DNA from: Alphaproteobacteria bacterium
GTDB taxonomy: Bacteria; Pseudomonadota; Alphaproteobacteria; JBFXJJ01
Length of the DNA: 64,000 nucleotides
Reading direction: 5' to 3'
NCBI GenBank assembly: GCA_050175015.1
Contig: JBFXJJ010000001.1
Location: 192,001 to 256,000, forward strand
Part shown: piece after piece, positions 31,080 through 41,645 of the stretch
How positions within the stretch are numbered: the stretch's first letter is position 1
Layout of the letters: each line of letters starts with the position of its first letter
Made by a program: the position numbers and the translations under genes
Notes under the pieces: model-generated
The model's database searches: none
Told to the model about the DNA's origin: nothing
Seen by the model: only the letters and a program-made list of their open reading frames with translations

Positions 31080-31904
31080 ATGAGTGATGAGAATAATTCT
31101 TATAATGAAACCAAAATGCCAAGAGTTATAGCTGTTGCTAATCGCAAGGGCGGTGTTGGTAAAACTACAACGGCAATTAATCTTGCAACTGCGATTGCCG
31201 CAGTTAAAAAGAAAGTGCTGGTTATAGATATTGATCCTCAAGGAAATGCTTCAACTTCTATGGGTATTAAAAGGCGTTCTAGAGCCATTACCTCCTATGA
31301 AGTTTTAATGGGAGACCGCAGATTATCTGATGCTATAATCTGGACGAGTATCCCAAATTTCTCAATAATTCCTTCTTCTCCTGACTTGGCGGGCGCTGAA
31401 GTTGAGCTAGTAAGTATGGAAAATAGAGAATTTTTCTTAGCAAATGCCTTAAAAACGGGTGCTGGATTATACGATTATGTAATTATTGATTGCCCTCCTA
31501 GCCTAAATTTTATTACAATTAATGCATTGGTTGCAGCAGATTCAGTTTTGGTTCCTCTGCAATGTGAGTTTTTAGCTTTGGAAGGAATTAGCGATTTAAT
31601 TCAGAATGTTGAAAGAATTAAAAAGAATTTTAATCCTAAGCTAGAATTACACGGCGTTGTTTTGACTATGTTTGATAAGAGAAATAATTTGTCAGCTATG
31701 GTTGAAGAAGATGTTAGAAATTATTTTGGAGATAAAGTTTATAAAACGGTAATTCCTCGTAATGTTAGAATTTCAGAGGCACCGTCTCATGGTAAACCAG
31801 TATTGCTGTATGATTGGCGTTCTGTTGGTGCTACAGCATATATAAATTTGGCAAGTGAACTGCTTAAACGAGAAAGAAAAATAATGAAGGAGAAAGTAGC
31901 ATGA
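31080..31904 (+). CDS. parA: Chromosome partitioning ATPase ParA
   Basis: KGGVGKTTT, DIDPQGNAS, IDCPPSL, PRNVRISEAPSHG. Confidence 0.97.
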   Translation: MSDENNSYNETKMPRVIAVANRKGGVGKTTTAINLATAIAAVKKKVLVIDIDPQGNASTSMGIKRRSRAITSYEVLMGDRRLSDAIIWTSIPNFSIIPSSPDLAGAEVELVSMENREFFLANALKTGAGLYDYVIIDCPPSLNFITINALVAADSVLVPLQCEFLALEGISDLIQNVERIKKNFNPKLELHGVVLTMFDKRNNLSAMVEEDVRNYFGDKVYKTVIPRNVRISEAPSHGKPVLLYDWRSVGATAYINLASELLKRERKIMKEKVA

Positions 31905-33595
31905 GTGATAACAAGCGTCGCAATTTAGGAAGAGGTTTAAACGCCCTGCTCGGTTCAGACGAAGAAGAAAACCAAATAATGAGTGGTGAACAACTGACAA
32001 CCATTGCGATTGCTAACATTCAGCCGAGTCCTTTTCAGCCTCGCCGCAATTTTAATGAAGATAATATTGCCGATTTAGCCGAATCAATTAGAGAAAAAGG
32101 TATTTTGCAGCCTTTAATCGTTAGAAAATCTGGTGTTGAAAATGTTTATGAAATTATTGCTGGCGAGCGTCGTTTTAGAGCCTCCAAAATAGTTGGATTA
32201 GAAGAACTTCCAGTAATTATTAAAGATCTTTCCGATAAAGAAGTTCTAGAAGTTGCTTTAGTTGAAAACCTTCAAAGACAGGATCTATCGCCGTTAGAGG
32301 AAGCTGAAGGCTATCAAAAGTTAATTAATGAATTTGGTCACACACAAGAGGCTTTGGCTAAAGTTGTAGGCAAAAGCCGTTCTCATGTTGCTAATACTTT
32401 AAGACTATTAAATTTACCTGAAGAAGTTAAAAAAATGCTTCAGAGCGGCGAACTTTCTTCTGGTCATGCTAGGGCACTTCTTAATTCTGAGAATATGTTA
32501 GAGCTGGCACAAGAAGTTATTAAAAAAGGTTTAAACGTAAGGCAGACTGAGAGTTTAGTTAAACAGCCTTCTGCTAAAGATGCGGTCACTAAACCTAAAG
32601 CCGTAGTTAAAGAAAAAGATTCTGATATTTTAGCCTTGGAGAAAGAGCTTTCAAAACTTATGGGTTTGAAGGTTTTTATTAGATCTCAAGGTCGAGGCGG
32701 CGAAATTGCGATTAAATATGGAAGCTTAGAGGAACTAGATGACATTCTCTTTAAGCTTGGAAAAATGGCAAAAAATTCTGATATGGATAATTCTGAGCTA
32801 GTTGAAGATTTAACAGAAGCAGAAGTCGCACCAGAAATTTACGATGAAACAGCCACAGCTAGTATTGTTGATGATTTTGCTGAAACGATTGAAGAGGCGG
32901 AATTGAGCGAGCAGGAAGTTTTTGAAGAAACGGCTGTTCCAGAAGAAGAAAATTTGATTTCTTCTGAAATTGATGAGGATCTTGTAAATCCTGTTGATGA
33001 TAGTGAAACCGCTATAGAAGAGGCTTATAATATTGAAATTGAAGAACAAGCTGATTTGGTAGATTCTGTTGAAAACACAGACGTTGTTATGGAAGATACT
33101 TCTGAAGTAGTAGGTGAATTTATAGAAGAATTTGATGTCGCAGGTGAAGCTCAAGAAGAATATATGGAAACGGAAGAAAATGCTGTTTCAGAAAATATTG
33201 AAGCTGAGGTCGAAGAATTTTTAAGTGATATGGCGGGTGCAGCTGAAGACGATATTGTTACCGAGGTTTTAGCGAACGATGCTGATTCTGAAGAAGATGC
33301 TGTAGTGGAAATAGATGATGGGGTGCAAATTGAAGAAGCTACTGGGGAGGAACCAGTCTTTGAAGAGCAAAATGAAGCTTTAAACCCTGAGGAAGAAGCA
33401 GTAATAACCCCAGAAAGTGAGACCGAGGAAGATTGGGCTGTTGGTCTTGATACGGTCATCGGCCTTGATGATGAAACCGAGGAAGAGGCTAAAACAGAAG
33501 AAGATGCTATTCCTGATGATGCTTGGGCAAAAGCTCTTAAGTTAGATGGCGAAGATGAGATTATAGAAGAAGCGGCTCCAGAAAATAAGGCTTAA
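31901..33595 (+). CDS. parB: Chromosome partitioning protein ParB with long acidic C-terminal extension
   Basis: LGRGLNALL, QPR, IAGERRFRA, ENLQRQDL, KSRSHVANTLRLL; residues ~290-564 are Glu/Asp-rich low complexity. Confidence 0.95.
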   Translation: MSDNKRRNLGRGLNALLGSDEEENQIMSGEQLTTIAIANIQPSPFQPRRNFNEDNIADLAESIREKGILQPLIVRKSGVENVYEIIAGERRFRASKIVGLEELPVIIKDLSDKEVLEVALVENLQRQDLSPLEEAEGYQKLINEFGHTQEALAKVVGKSRSHVANTLRLLNLPEEVKKMLQSGELSSGHARALLNSENMLELAQEVIKKGLNVRQTESLVKQPSAKDAVTKPKAVVKEKDSDILALEKELSKLMGLKVFIRSQGRGGEIAIKYGSLEELDDILFKLGKMAKNSDMDNSELVEDLTEAEVAPEIYDETATASIVDDFAETIEEAELSEQEVFEETAVPEEENLISSEIDEDLVNPVDDSETAIEEAYNIEIEEQADLVDSVENTDVVMEDTSEVVGEFIEEFDVAGEAQEEYMETEENAVSENIEAEVEEFLSDMAGAAEDDIVTEVLANDADSEEDAVVEIDDGVQIEEATGEEPVFEEQNEALNPEEEAVITPESETEEDWAVGLDTVIGLDDETEEEAKTEEDAIPDDAWAKALKLDGEDEIIEEAAPENKA

Positions 33596-33604
33596 ACCCT
33601 CTTT

Positions 33605-33775
33605 TATATAAAAAGTTTTACTTTTGCTTTTATTAAAAGCAAGGCTGTCGGCAGACACGTGCCGTTAGGCAAAAATATAAATTTTAATAACGATGGTTAT
33701 ATTGCTTCGAATATTAAGGATTTTTTCAAAAAATCCTTAACAATCCTTAAACTTTATTTATAAGAAAAATTATCT
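33605..33775. repeat. Modular intergenic repeat cluster (B and A)
   Basis: AAAAGTTTTACTTTTGCTTTTATTAAAAGCAA..GCCGTTAGGCAAAA; palindrome A at 33714-33740 with flanks nearly identical to the 29018 copy. Confidence 0.85.
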
Positions 33776-33789
33776 GTATTAAAGATACT

Positions 33790-34833
33790 TTAAAATCTAA
33801 TTCGTTTTTTCATAATTTCGTAACCAGCGCCAGTTATTTGAGCAAGATATTTGGCGCATATGATTTCCTGAGGATACGCTGTCGTTTTAACGCCGATTTC
33901 AGCCGCCAGCAATAGGGATAAAGCTTTTGAGGCAGTTGTGGGCGACCAATGCTCAATAATCTTCTGGAAAGCTGGCGCACGTTTAAACATAATAGCTGGC
34001 TTTAAGGTCTTCATAGCACTGTCTGAACTCATTCCCTGAGCGACTTTATCGCAAGTTAGATAGATTTTCTGAAAAAAAGAAGAGGTTATTCGAATAATTG
34101 AAACGGGGTTATTCCCTTCCGCAAAAAGATTTTCTAAAATTCTCTGAACTGCTTCATGTTTTCCTTCCGCAATGGCATAGCATAAATCTTCGTTTGTTAA
34201 ATCAGCAGAATCACCAATACAATTTTTGACTTCATTAATTGTAATTTCTTTTTTATCACCCATATAGAGGCATAATTTTTCAATTTCAGAATGAATAGTC
34301 TTACGATCTGATCCTAAATGTGAAGCTGTAAAAGAAAGGGCATCACTGCTTATAGAATGACCATTTTTAGTAATGATATTTTGAATAATATTAGCAATAT
34401 CACTAATATCGTCATTATAACACGGTATTGCTGCCATATTACTATGGGTTTCAAAAGTTTTGCGCAAAGATGACTGTGGTTTTAATTCACCAGCCGATAA
34501 AACAATAAAATTCTGATTATTAAGATCAAAAACTAAGTCTTTGAAAATACTAGTTATGTTATTAGAGGCGTTTTTTATCCTTATAATTTTGCGGCCGCCA
34601 GTAAAAGGCATAGCCGAGAACTCTGACAATAACAAAGATTTATCATTGTCTATATTATCAGATGAAAGATTAACGACTCTAAAAGGATCATCGATATCGT
34701 TTACAATAAGAGAAGATATTTTATCAAATCGTTCTGATATTAAGCCTTCATTAGGTCCATAGATAAGGATAGCTTTAATGTCACCAGAAGGATTTTTTAA
34801 AAAGTTTTCATATTGAATGTTTTTAAAAATCAT
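33790..34833 (-). CDS. holA: DNA polymerase III delta subunit
   Basis: LIYGPNEGL, EIEKLCLY; synteny leuS-lptE-holA. Confidence 0.9.
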   Translation of the reverse strand: MIFKNIQYENFLKNPSGDIKAILIYGPNEGLISERFDKISSLIVNDIDDPFRVVNLSSDNIDNDKSLLLSEFSAMPFTGGRKIIRIKNASNNITSIFKDLVFDLNNQNFIVLSAGELKPQSSLRKTFETHSNMAAIPCYNDDISDIANIIQNIITKNGHSISSDALSFTASHLGSDRKTIHSEIEKLCLYMGDKKEITINEVKNCIGDSADLTNEDLCYAIAEGKHEAVQRILENLFAEGNNPVSIIRITSSFFQKIYLTCDKVAQGMSSDSAMKTLKPAIMFKRAPAFQKIIEHWSPTTASKALSLLLAAEIGVKTTAYPQEIICAKYLAQITGAGYEIMKKRIRF

Positions 34834-35335
34834 TATTTTGCTTTTGACTTAAATGTTCAAAATAAACGCTTAATCTAAGGGCAATATCATCAGAAAAAAT
34901 GGCTGCGGCTCTTTCAATAGCATCATTTTTAGAAACTACAGTACCATAAGGCTTAGTTAAAATACTGTAACTAGTCTGAGCGCTGGATTTATCTTGCAGC
35001 ACAATTTCATCACCTTTAAAAAGCTGATACTCGGCTTTATATAATAAAGCTTCACGGCTTGCTTTATTGCTAAGACTAGTTTGAGATTTAATTATAGGTT
35101 CTTCAATTTTTACCGAAAGTTTATAAACGGGATTATAAGGAATACCATAAGTATTGATGCGGTCTTTTAGGTTATTGGTAATTATCTGACCGATTCTTCC
35201 TTCAATAGGAAGAATATATACTTGAGATAAATATTGTTTAATGCCCATGGATTCCTTTTGATAATATAAAGGTTTAAAACCACAGGCACTAAGCAATAAT
35301 ATATTGATAAAAAACAGTTTTTTAAATAACGACAT
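34823..35335 (-). CDS. lptE: LPS assembly lipoprotein LptE
   Basis: Lipobox [10 protein letters not shown]; lies between leuS and holA. Confidence 0.85.
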   Translation of the reverse strand: MSLFKKLFFINILLLSACGFKPLYYQKESMGIKQYLSQVYILPIEGRIGQIITNNLKDRINTYGIPYNPVYKLSVKIEEPIIKSQTSLSNKASREALLYKAEYQLFKGDEIVLQDKSSAQTSYSILTKPYGTVVSKNDAIERAAAIFSDDIALRLSVYFEHLSQKQNNDF

Positions 35336-37934
35336 TTATAATCCGATTAGGAACGACAATAATTTTTCTAATAGTTTTTCCTTCAATCTGAGCCTGAACC
35401 GTAGGCAGAGATAAAGCAAGCTCTTTCATTTTATCTTCAGGCAGATCTTTAGGAATTTCGATTGTGCCACGCAATTTACCTAAAACCTGTACTGCTATTA
35501 CGACGTTATTATCTTCCAGATATTTAGCTTCAGCTTTAGCCCAAGGGTGTAAAATTAATAAACCATCGTAGCCTAAGATATTCCAAACTTCTTCAGCAAT
35601 ATGAGGAGCCATAGGAGCAACTAGTTGAATAGAAGTTTTTAAAACGAATCTATAGAGCCAGCCTGCACCCTTATCCTTCGTATCAATATTGCTTATGGCA
35701 TTTGTTAACTCACGGATTCTAGCAATAGCATTGTTAAAACGTAATTTTTCTAAATCTTCTGTAACAGAAGCTATGGTTTTATGTGCTTGTCTTAAAATTT
35801 TATCATTAGTCTCAGAAAAACTTTGTGGCATAGCCTCATTTTTATCAGCCATAGGAATGCTAGGGTATTTAGCTAAACGCCACAAGCGGTTGACATATCT
35901 CCACGCGCCATCAATTCCAGCTTCAGTCCATTCCAAATCACGTTCAGGAGGACTGTCAGAGAGCATAAATAAACGGGCAGCATCAGCGCCATAGTTTTTG
36001 ATAATAGCATCAGGATCAACTGTGTTAAGCTTAGACTTGCTCATTTTTTCTGAACGACCAACGGTAACGGGCTTATTATCTTTTTTACTAATAACAGTGC
36101 CGTCAGCTAGTTTTTCAACGTTGCCAGGAGCCAGCCAGTCGCCGTCAGAACCTTTATAGGTTTCGTGGCAAATCATACCTTGTGTAAACAAGCTTTCAAA
36201 TGGTTCTTTAAGATGAATATAACCGCAATCACGCATAGCTCTAGTAAAGAAGCGGGCATAAAGCAAATGCATTACAGCGTGTTCGATGCCTCCGATATAT
36301 TGATCTACGGGCAGCCAGTATTTAGCATCTTCTTTTGAGAAAGGAGCATCAACCGATTTAGGAGAACAGAATCTGGCAAAATACCAAGACGATTCGAAGA
36401 AAGTATCAAAAGTATCTGTTTCACGAACAGCTTCTTTTCCGCAAATAGGGCATTTTACATATTTCCAAGTAGGGTGATTTTCTAAAGGATTTCCTGGTTT
36501 ATCGAATCTAACATCGATTGGCAGTTCAACAGGAAGATCTTTCTTAGGCACAGGAACCATACCGCAAGCATCACATTTAATAATAGGGATTGGACAGCCC
36601 CAGTATCTCTGACGTGAAACGCCCCAGTCTCTTAAACGGTATTGAATTTTTTCTTCACCCAAACCTTTGGATTTCAATTTTGTCGTTGCGGTCTTAATTG
36701 CAGCGGCAACATCAAGTCCATTAAGAAAATCAGAGTTAACCGCTAGTCCATCTTCGGTATATGCGGTTTGAGATTCGTTTTGTTTTTGAATAAATTCTGC
36801 TGTATCTACGCCTTTAGGAGCGACAACAGTGCGTACGGGTAAGTTGTATTTTCTGGCAAAGTCCATATCTCTTTGATCGTGGGCAGGACAAGCAAAAATT
36901 GCTCCCGTGCCATATTCCATTAAAACAAAGTTGGCAATATAAATAGGAAGTTCAGGATTACCGCCAAGAGCTTTAAACTCTTCAGCAAAGGGGTGAATTG
37001 CTTTAAATCCCGTATCAAAACCAAGTTTTTCCGCAGATTCAATATTAGCTTCGCTGGTACCTAAAGCCTCACACTTTTTAATAAAGGCTTTAACTTCAGG
37101 ATTCTTCTCAGCTAATTCTAAAGCAAGCGGATGGCCAGCAGAGATGGCTAAAAAAGAAGCACCAAATAAAGTATCTGGTCTGGTTGTAAAAATTTCTATT
37201 TTATCACTGCGGTCTTTTACTGGAAAATAAACCGTAGCGCCAAAGGATTTTCCAATCCAGTTATGCTGCATAATGCGGACTTTTTCAGGCCATTTTTCTA
37301 ATTCTTTTAAAGACTCGAGCAAATCATCTGCATATGCGGTTGTTTTTAAGAACCACTGCGATAATTTTTTGCGCTCAACTTCAACCCCAGAACGCCAGCC
37401 TTTGCCATCAACAACCTGTTCATTAGCTAAAACAGTATTTTCTACAGGATCCCAGTTGACCCATGATTCTTTTTTGTAGGCGAGCCCTTTGTTATAAAAA
37501 TCAATGAACATAGCCTGTTCGTGCTTGTAATACTCAACTTCAGAGGTTGAAACATCTCGGTTCCAATCAATCGAAAAGCCTAAAGGCTTTAACTGAGAAC
37601 GCATAACTTTAATGTTTTCTCTAGTCCAAGTTTGAGGGTGAGCATTATTTTTTATAGCAGCATTTTCAGCAGGTAAACCAAAAGAATCCCAGCCCATAGG
37701 GTGAAGAACATTAAAGCCGTTAGAAATTTTAAAACGAGCACAAACGTCGCCTAAAGTGTAATTACGAACATGCCCCATATGGATTCGCCCAGATGGATAA
37801 GGAAACATTTCTAAAACATAGCATTTGGGTTTTTCTTTGCTTTCACTGGCAACAAAGCAATTACTTTCTTGCCATTTTTCTTGCCATTTTGTTTCAGTTT
37901 CCCGATGATTATAGCGTTCTTCGTAAGTATTCAT
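35322..37934 (-). CDS. leuS: Leucine--tRNA ligase
   Basis: [34 protein letters not shown]. Confidence 0.98.
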   Translation of the reverse strand: MNTYEERYNHRETETKWQEKWQESNCFVASESKEKPKCYVLEMFPYPSGRIHMGHVRNYTLGDVCARFKISNGFNVLHPMGWDSFGLPAENAAIKNNAHPQTWTRENIKVMRSQLKPLGFSIDWNRDVSTSEVEYYKHEQAMFIDFYNKGLAYKKESWVNWDPVENTVLANEQVVDGKGWRSGVEVERKKLSQWFLKTTAYADDLLESLKELEKWPEKVRIMQHNWIGKSFGATVYFPVKDRSDKIEIFTTRPDTLFGASFLAISAGHPLALELAEKNPEVKAFIKKCEALGTSEANIESAEKLGFDTGFKAIHPFAEEFKALGGNPELPIYIANFVLMEYGTGAIFACPAHDQRDMDFARKYNLPVRTVVAPKGVDTAEFIQKQNESQTAYTEDGLAVNSDFLNGLDVAAAIKTATTKLKSKGLGEEKIQYRLRDWGVSRQRYWGCPIPIIKCDACGMVPVPKKDLPVELPIDVRFDKPGNPLENHPTWKYVKCPICGKEAVRETDTFDTFFESSWYFARFCSPKSVDAPFSKEDAKYWLPVDQYIGGIEHAVMHLLYARFFTRAMRDCGYIHLKEPFESLFTQGMICHETYKGSDGDWLAPGNVEKLADGTVISKKDNKPVTVGRSEKMSKSKLNTVDPDAIIKNYGADAARLFMLSDSPPERDLEWTEAGIDGAWRYVNRLWRLAKYPSIPMADKNEAMPQSFSETNDKILRQAHKTIASVTEDLEKLRFNNAIARIRELTNAISNIDTKDKGAGWLYRFVLKTSIQLVAPMAPHIAEEVWNILGYDGLLILHPWAKAEAKYLEDNNVVIAVQVLGKLRGTIEIPKDLPEDKMKELALSLPTVQAQIEGKTIRKIIVVPNRIINVVI

Positions 37935-37963
37935 AGATTTTCTCTTTAAAATTTAAATTAAAG

Positions 37964-38506
37964 TTATTTTTTATTGTTAGCAGCGATTCTTAATTGTCTA
38001 GCCCTAGTTAGAATAGCGTTTTCTAAGTCTGGTGCAGTATTAGAATTAACCTTGGCATCAACCCATTCGCCTTTTTCATTTTTTTCTTGGCGGAAAGCTG
38101 AAATTTTAATTCCATCAGAACGTAAAGAACGGTCAAGAATATAAGCCGTTACTTTAAAACGTTCATACGGAGTCTCTGGGGGGGCATACCATTCAGTAAT
38201 GATAACGCCGCCAAAAGGATCAGCCGAAGACAAAGGCATAAAAGCTAAAGTATCAAGAGTTGCCCGCCACAAAAAGCTGTTAACGCCGATTCCTGTTGAT
38301 GATGCTGAATTTTCTTCTCTATCACCAAATAAATTCATACCGCCCTTACCAAAAATGGTTTCTCTTTCTTCCGGAGGGGGAGCCCCCATTTTATATTTGC
38401 CCATCACTTTTTCAGGGTATTTGTATTCGACGTTTGAAGGTGCCGAACAGGCAGCTAAGGCTGCAAATAAGCTGATAGTACATAAATATCTCAAATTGTT
38501 AGTCAT
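37964..38506 (-). CDS. DUF3576-family lipoprotein
   Basis: LAAC lipobox; GVNSFLWRATLDTLAFMPLSSADPFGGVIITEWY, ILTRARQLR. Confidence 0.85.
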   Translation of the reverse strand: MTNNLRYLCTISLFAALAACSAPSNVEYKYPEKVMGKYKMGAPPPEERETIFGKGGMNLFGDREENSASSTGIGVNSFLWRATLDTLAFMPLSSADPFGGVIITEWYAPPETPYERFKVTAYILDRSLRSDGIKISAFRQEKNEKGEWVDAKVNSNTAPDLENAILTRARQLRIAANNKK

Positions 38507-38632
38507 ATATTTTACCCAAAGATTGATTTTGAACTGAAACTATTTAAAGCAAAAAAGGATGGTAATTTCAATCAAAAACAACCAATTAGAATATTATTGT
38601 TTTAATATTAAGTATAATATATGGCTTATTAA

Positions 38633-38823
38633 TGTGTTTTTTAGAACACAGTCAGGTGTTTAGAGCCAGTTTATATTGATTGTTTATTCACGGTTATCAT
38701 ATTGATTTACAATGATTTTATTTTATTTTAGCGCCGTTTGTGTGACTTTTTTGCAACAGGTGTGATTATAAAACACAAAAATTTATTCAAATGCTTGACG
38801 ATTTAACTTTTTAATGGCTATTT
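38633..38823 (+). promoter_or_regulatory. Porin promoter with three TGTG..ACA dyads
   Basis: TGTGTT-N6-AACACA at 38633, TGTGAC-N6-GCAACA at 38741, TGTGAT-N5-AACACA at 38761; CTTGAC-N18-CTATTT at 38794-38823. Confidence 0.5.
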
Positions 38824-38897
38824 TAGAACTTGTGATGCGGGTGAAAACCCGAAAGCTTTATAAAAACCTTAAATTAAACAAAGGAATGAGGATACAG

Positions 38898-40091
38898 ATG
38901 AAAAAAATTCTTTATGGAACAACAGCTCTTCTCGCAGCTGGTATGATCTCAACCGCTGCTAACGCTGCTGAACCACTCAAACTTCAACTCGGTGGATATA
39001 TGAACTGGTATGTAGCTGCTGCTGAAAATGATGACGGCTACAGAAAAGCATTATCAAACAATGTTGCAGGCGACGGTGATTTCAACCAATTCGACGTAAT
39101 GGGCGACAGCGAAGTATACTTCACTGGTTCAACCCTTCTTGACAATGGTATGAAAGTTAGCGCACACATCGAACTCGAAACCGGAACCGCAAACAACGGT
39201 ACCCGTGCAGCTGACGAAACCTATTTAACAGTTGACAGTGCTTACGGTCGCGTAATCGCTGGTGCAACCAGAAATGTTGCTTCTAAAATGCATGTTTCAG
39301 CTCCAGAAGTTGGCGTTCTCGACGTTGAAGAATCAGATGTTGTTGATTTAGTTACAGCACCTGGTAACATCACAGCTTTAGACGCAACTTGGCTTAACAC
39401 AGACGGCAAATTAAACAAAATTTCTTATGTTTCTCCAACTTATTATGGCGTAACATTAGGTGCAACTTGGACCCCAGGTGCTGATGACACAACCCGCGGT
39501 ACAAACCTTTCAGAAAATTCAATGTTACAAGACGGTACCTTCAAAGAAGGTTATGCATTAAACGCAATGTATGCTGGCAGCTTTGTTGGCGTTGACGTAA
39601 CCACAACAGCAGCTTTTGGTTCTTACAACGTTGGTGGTAAGAGCGCACAAGACGAATACAGCTTAGGCTTAAATGTTGCTTATGCTGGTTTCACTCTCGG
39701 TGGTGGCTATCGTGAAGTTTCTGACAACAACGATGCAACCGGTTGGAATGGTGCAAACCGTGCTGTTGGTACAACCAGTGTTGACGGTTATGCTTGGAAC
39801 GTTGGCGGCAGCTACGAAGCTGGTCCTTACGGTGTAAGCTTAAACTACTTCAAATCAGAAGTTGAAGGCGATCGTGCAGCTTCAGCAGCAGATTTAGCTA
39901 ATGCTGGCCAAGACGAATTCGAAGCTTATATGCTTTCTGGTAAATACAACCTCGGTGCAGGCGTAGACAGCTTTGCTACAATCGCTCGCGTTGAATACAC
40001 AGATGAAGACAACACCGTTACCGGTGCTGCAAAAGACATCTTAAACAACGAAGGTTGGGCATTTGCAACAGGTATCGCTCTTTCTTTCTAA
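38898..40091 (+). CDS. Outer-membrane porin (Porin_4-like)
   Basis: Signal peptide MKKILYGTTALLAAG..ANA, LDNGM, KISYVSP, alternating beta-strand pattern, C-terminal Phe; strongly biased codon use. Confidence 0.9.
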   Translation: MKKILYGTTALLAAGMISTAANAAEPLKLQLGGYMNWYVAAAENDDGYRKALSNNVAGDGDFNQFDVMGDSEVYFTGSTLLDNGMKVSAHIELETGTANNGTRAADETYLTVDSAYGRVIAGATRNVASKMHVSAPEVGVLDVEESDVVDLVTAPGNITALDATWLNTDGKLNKISYVSPTYYGVTLGATWTPGADDTTRGTNLSENSMLQDGTFKEGYALNAMYAGSFVGVDVTTTAAFGSYNVGGKSAQDEYSLGLNVAYAGFTLGGGYREVSDNNDATGWNGANRAVGTTSVDGYAWNVGGSYEAGPYGVSLNYFKSEVEGDRAASAADLANAGQDEFEAYMLSGKYNLGAGVDSFATIARVEYTDEDNTVTGAAKDILNNEGWAFATGIALSF

Positions 40092-40120
40092 TTTGAAATT
40101 AAGACATACTTAAAAATAAG

Positions 40121-40150
40121 AAGAGCGGTCTAATTGACCGCTCTTTTTTT
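40121..40150 (+). terminator. Intrinsic terminator of porin
   Basis: AAGAGCGGTC-TAATT-GACCGCTCTT followed by a T-run. Confidence 0.9.
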
Positions 40151-40216
40151 ATGTAGGCGATAATCATAAAACCAATCTTTGGCTAGGATATTTATTGTAA
40201 ACATAAGTTGTTAGAA

Positions 40217-40382
40217 TTTTTTATTCGTCCCTTAAGGGTTGCCATTTAGCGGACACTAGGGCAGTGTCGTGGCTCTTGATAGTATAACACGGATACTTTT
40301 TTCTTGCGAGCCAGTCTATTTGCTGATTGTCTCGTTTGTTGCAAAACATAAACGGCATACAATTAAATGAAATATGCTCTAA
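40217..40382. repeat. 166-bp structured element, copy 1 (MITE/REP-like module C)
   Basis: First 53 bp identical to 41473-41525; ends GCTCTAA. Confidence 0.85.
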
Positions 40383-40394
40383 CTATTTAAAATT

Positions 40395-40520
40395 GTTTCG
40401 CAGATTAAGGATTTTTTGAAAAAATCCTTAAAGAACCTTAAAATTATTTTTAAAAAAGTTTTACTTTTGCTTTTGCTAAAAGCAAAGCTGTCGGCAGACA
40501 TTTGCCGTAAGGCAAAATTT
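40395..40520. repeat. Modular intergenic repeat (A and B)
   Basis: Palindrome A at 40405-40431; module B close to the 33608-33675 copy. Confidence 0.85.
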
Positions 40521-40612
40521 ACAAAGCAAAAGCAAAATTTTTGTTATATTATAAGTAACGATTTTTAAATCTTATTAAGAAATAGTTGTTTACAAAAATA
40601 AAGAGGATAACA

Positions 40613-41275
40613 GTGACCAAATCTCAAGAAAACTATCAAGAAATAATTCATACAATTAAAACGGCAGCAAGCGAATCGGGAAGAAAACCAACAGATGTTA
40701 CCTTAATTGCTGTAACCAAGACATTTTTAAGAGATGATATTGAACCTGTTTTAACTCTAGGACATAAAATATTTGGAGAAAATAAGGTTCAAGAAGCCTA
40801 TAATAAATGGGTTGAGATTAAAAAAGATTATCCTGATATAAAACTTCATTTAATTGGACCGTTGCAAACCAATAAAACTGCCGAAGCCATAGCTTTGTTT
40901 GATGTTATTGAAACTGTTGATAGGGAGAAATTAGCTCAAAAAATAGCAGAGGAATTGGTTAAAACACCAAAAAATATTGAGCTTATGATTCAAATAAATA
41001 CAGGTGAAGAACCTCAAAAAGCTGGTATTATTCCGCAAGAAGCCGATAATTTTATCGAATATTGTTTAAATGATTTAAAACTTCCGATTAAGGGCTTGAT
41101 GTGTATTCCCCCATTTGAAGATGAGCCATCGCCTCATTTTGCTTTTTTATCTAAAATAGCGAGAAAGCATAATCTATCGCAGTTAAGTATGGGTATGAGT
41201 GGGGATTATAAAATTGCAGTTAAGCAAGGTGCTACTTATGTTAGGGTCGGATCTGCTATTTTTGGGACAAGATAA
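40613..41275 (+). CDS. yggS: PLP homeostasis protein YggS
   Basis: LIAVTKTF, FGENKVQEA, HLIGPLQTNK, LSMGMSGDY, VRVGSAIFG; GTG start after GAGGA. Confidence 0.95.
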   Translation: MTKSQENYQEIIHTIKTAASESGRKPTDVTLIAVTKTFLRDDIEPVLTLGHKIFGENKVQEAYNKWVEIKKDYPDIKLHLIGPLQTNKTAEAIALFDVIETVDREKLAQKIAEELVKTPKNIELMIQINTGEEPQKAGIIPQEADNFIEYCLNDLKLPIKGLMCIPPFEDEPSPHFAFLSKIARKHNLSQLSMGMSGDYKIAVKQGATYVRVGSAIFGTR

Positions 41276-41289
41276 TTCTAGTTTAATAG

Positions 41290-41472
41290 CGTTTTGCCTT
41301 GCGATAAGATTTGCTGTGTGCGTTACTTTTGTAAAAGTAAAATTAGAACATTTGATAAAAAAGGTTTTAAGGATTTGAAAATCCTTAATCTGCTAAGTAA
41401 ATTAATAATAAACTTTTATTTTGCCTAACGGCAAGTGTCTGCCGAAGACGTTGCTTTTAGCAAAAGTAAAAC
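41290..41472. repeat. Modular intergenic repeat (B-A-B)
   Basis: TTACTTTTGTAAAAGTAA; shortened palindrome A at 41367-41388; TTTTGCCTAACGGCAAG..GCTTTTAGCAAAAG. Confidence 0.8.
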
Positions 41473-41638
41473 TTTTTTATTCGTCCCTTAAGGGTTGCCA
41501 TTTAGCGGACACTAGGGCAGTGTCGCGGCTCTTGATTATAATATGGATACTCTTCTTGCGAGCCACTCTCTTTGCGGATTGCTTCGCCAAATGAGCAACA
41601 GAACTGGACCCATTTCATATGAATAAACTTTGCTCTAA
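41473..41638. repeat. 166-bp structured element, copy 2 (MITE/REP-like module C)
   Basis: Direct repeat of 40217-40382; long imperfect hairpin 41494-41599. Confidence 0.85.
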
Positions 41639-41645
41639 TTATAAC

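Noticed and set aside
32810-33459. Two minus-strand ORFs rich in Phe/Ser
   Set aside because: Antisense artefacts of GAA/GAT codons in the ParB acidic tail.
36606-36621. parS-like half site in leuS
   Set aside because: Only one arm matches; explained by the conserved GVSRQ peptide.
40217-40382. 166-bp element as a tRNA or known riboswitch for yggS
   Set aside because: No cloverleaf or T-loop consensus, and a second copy lies downstream of the gene, which fits a repeat element better.
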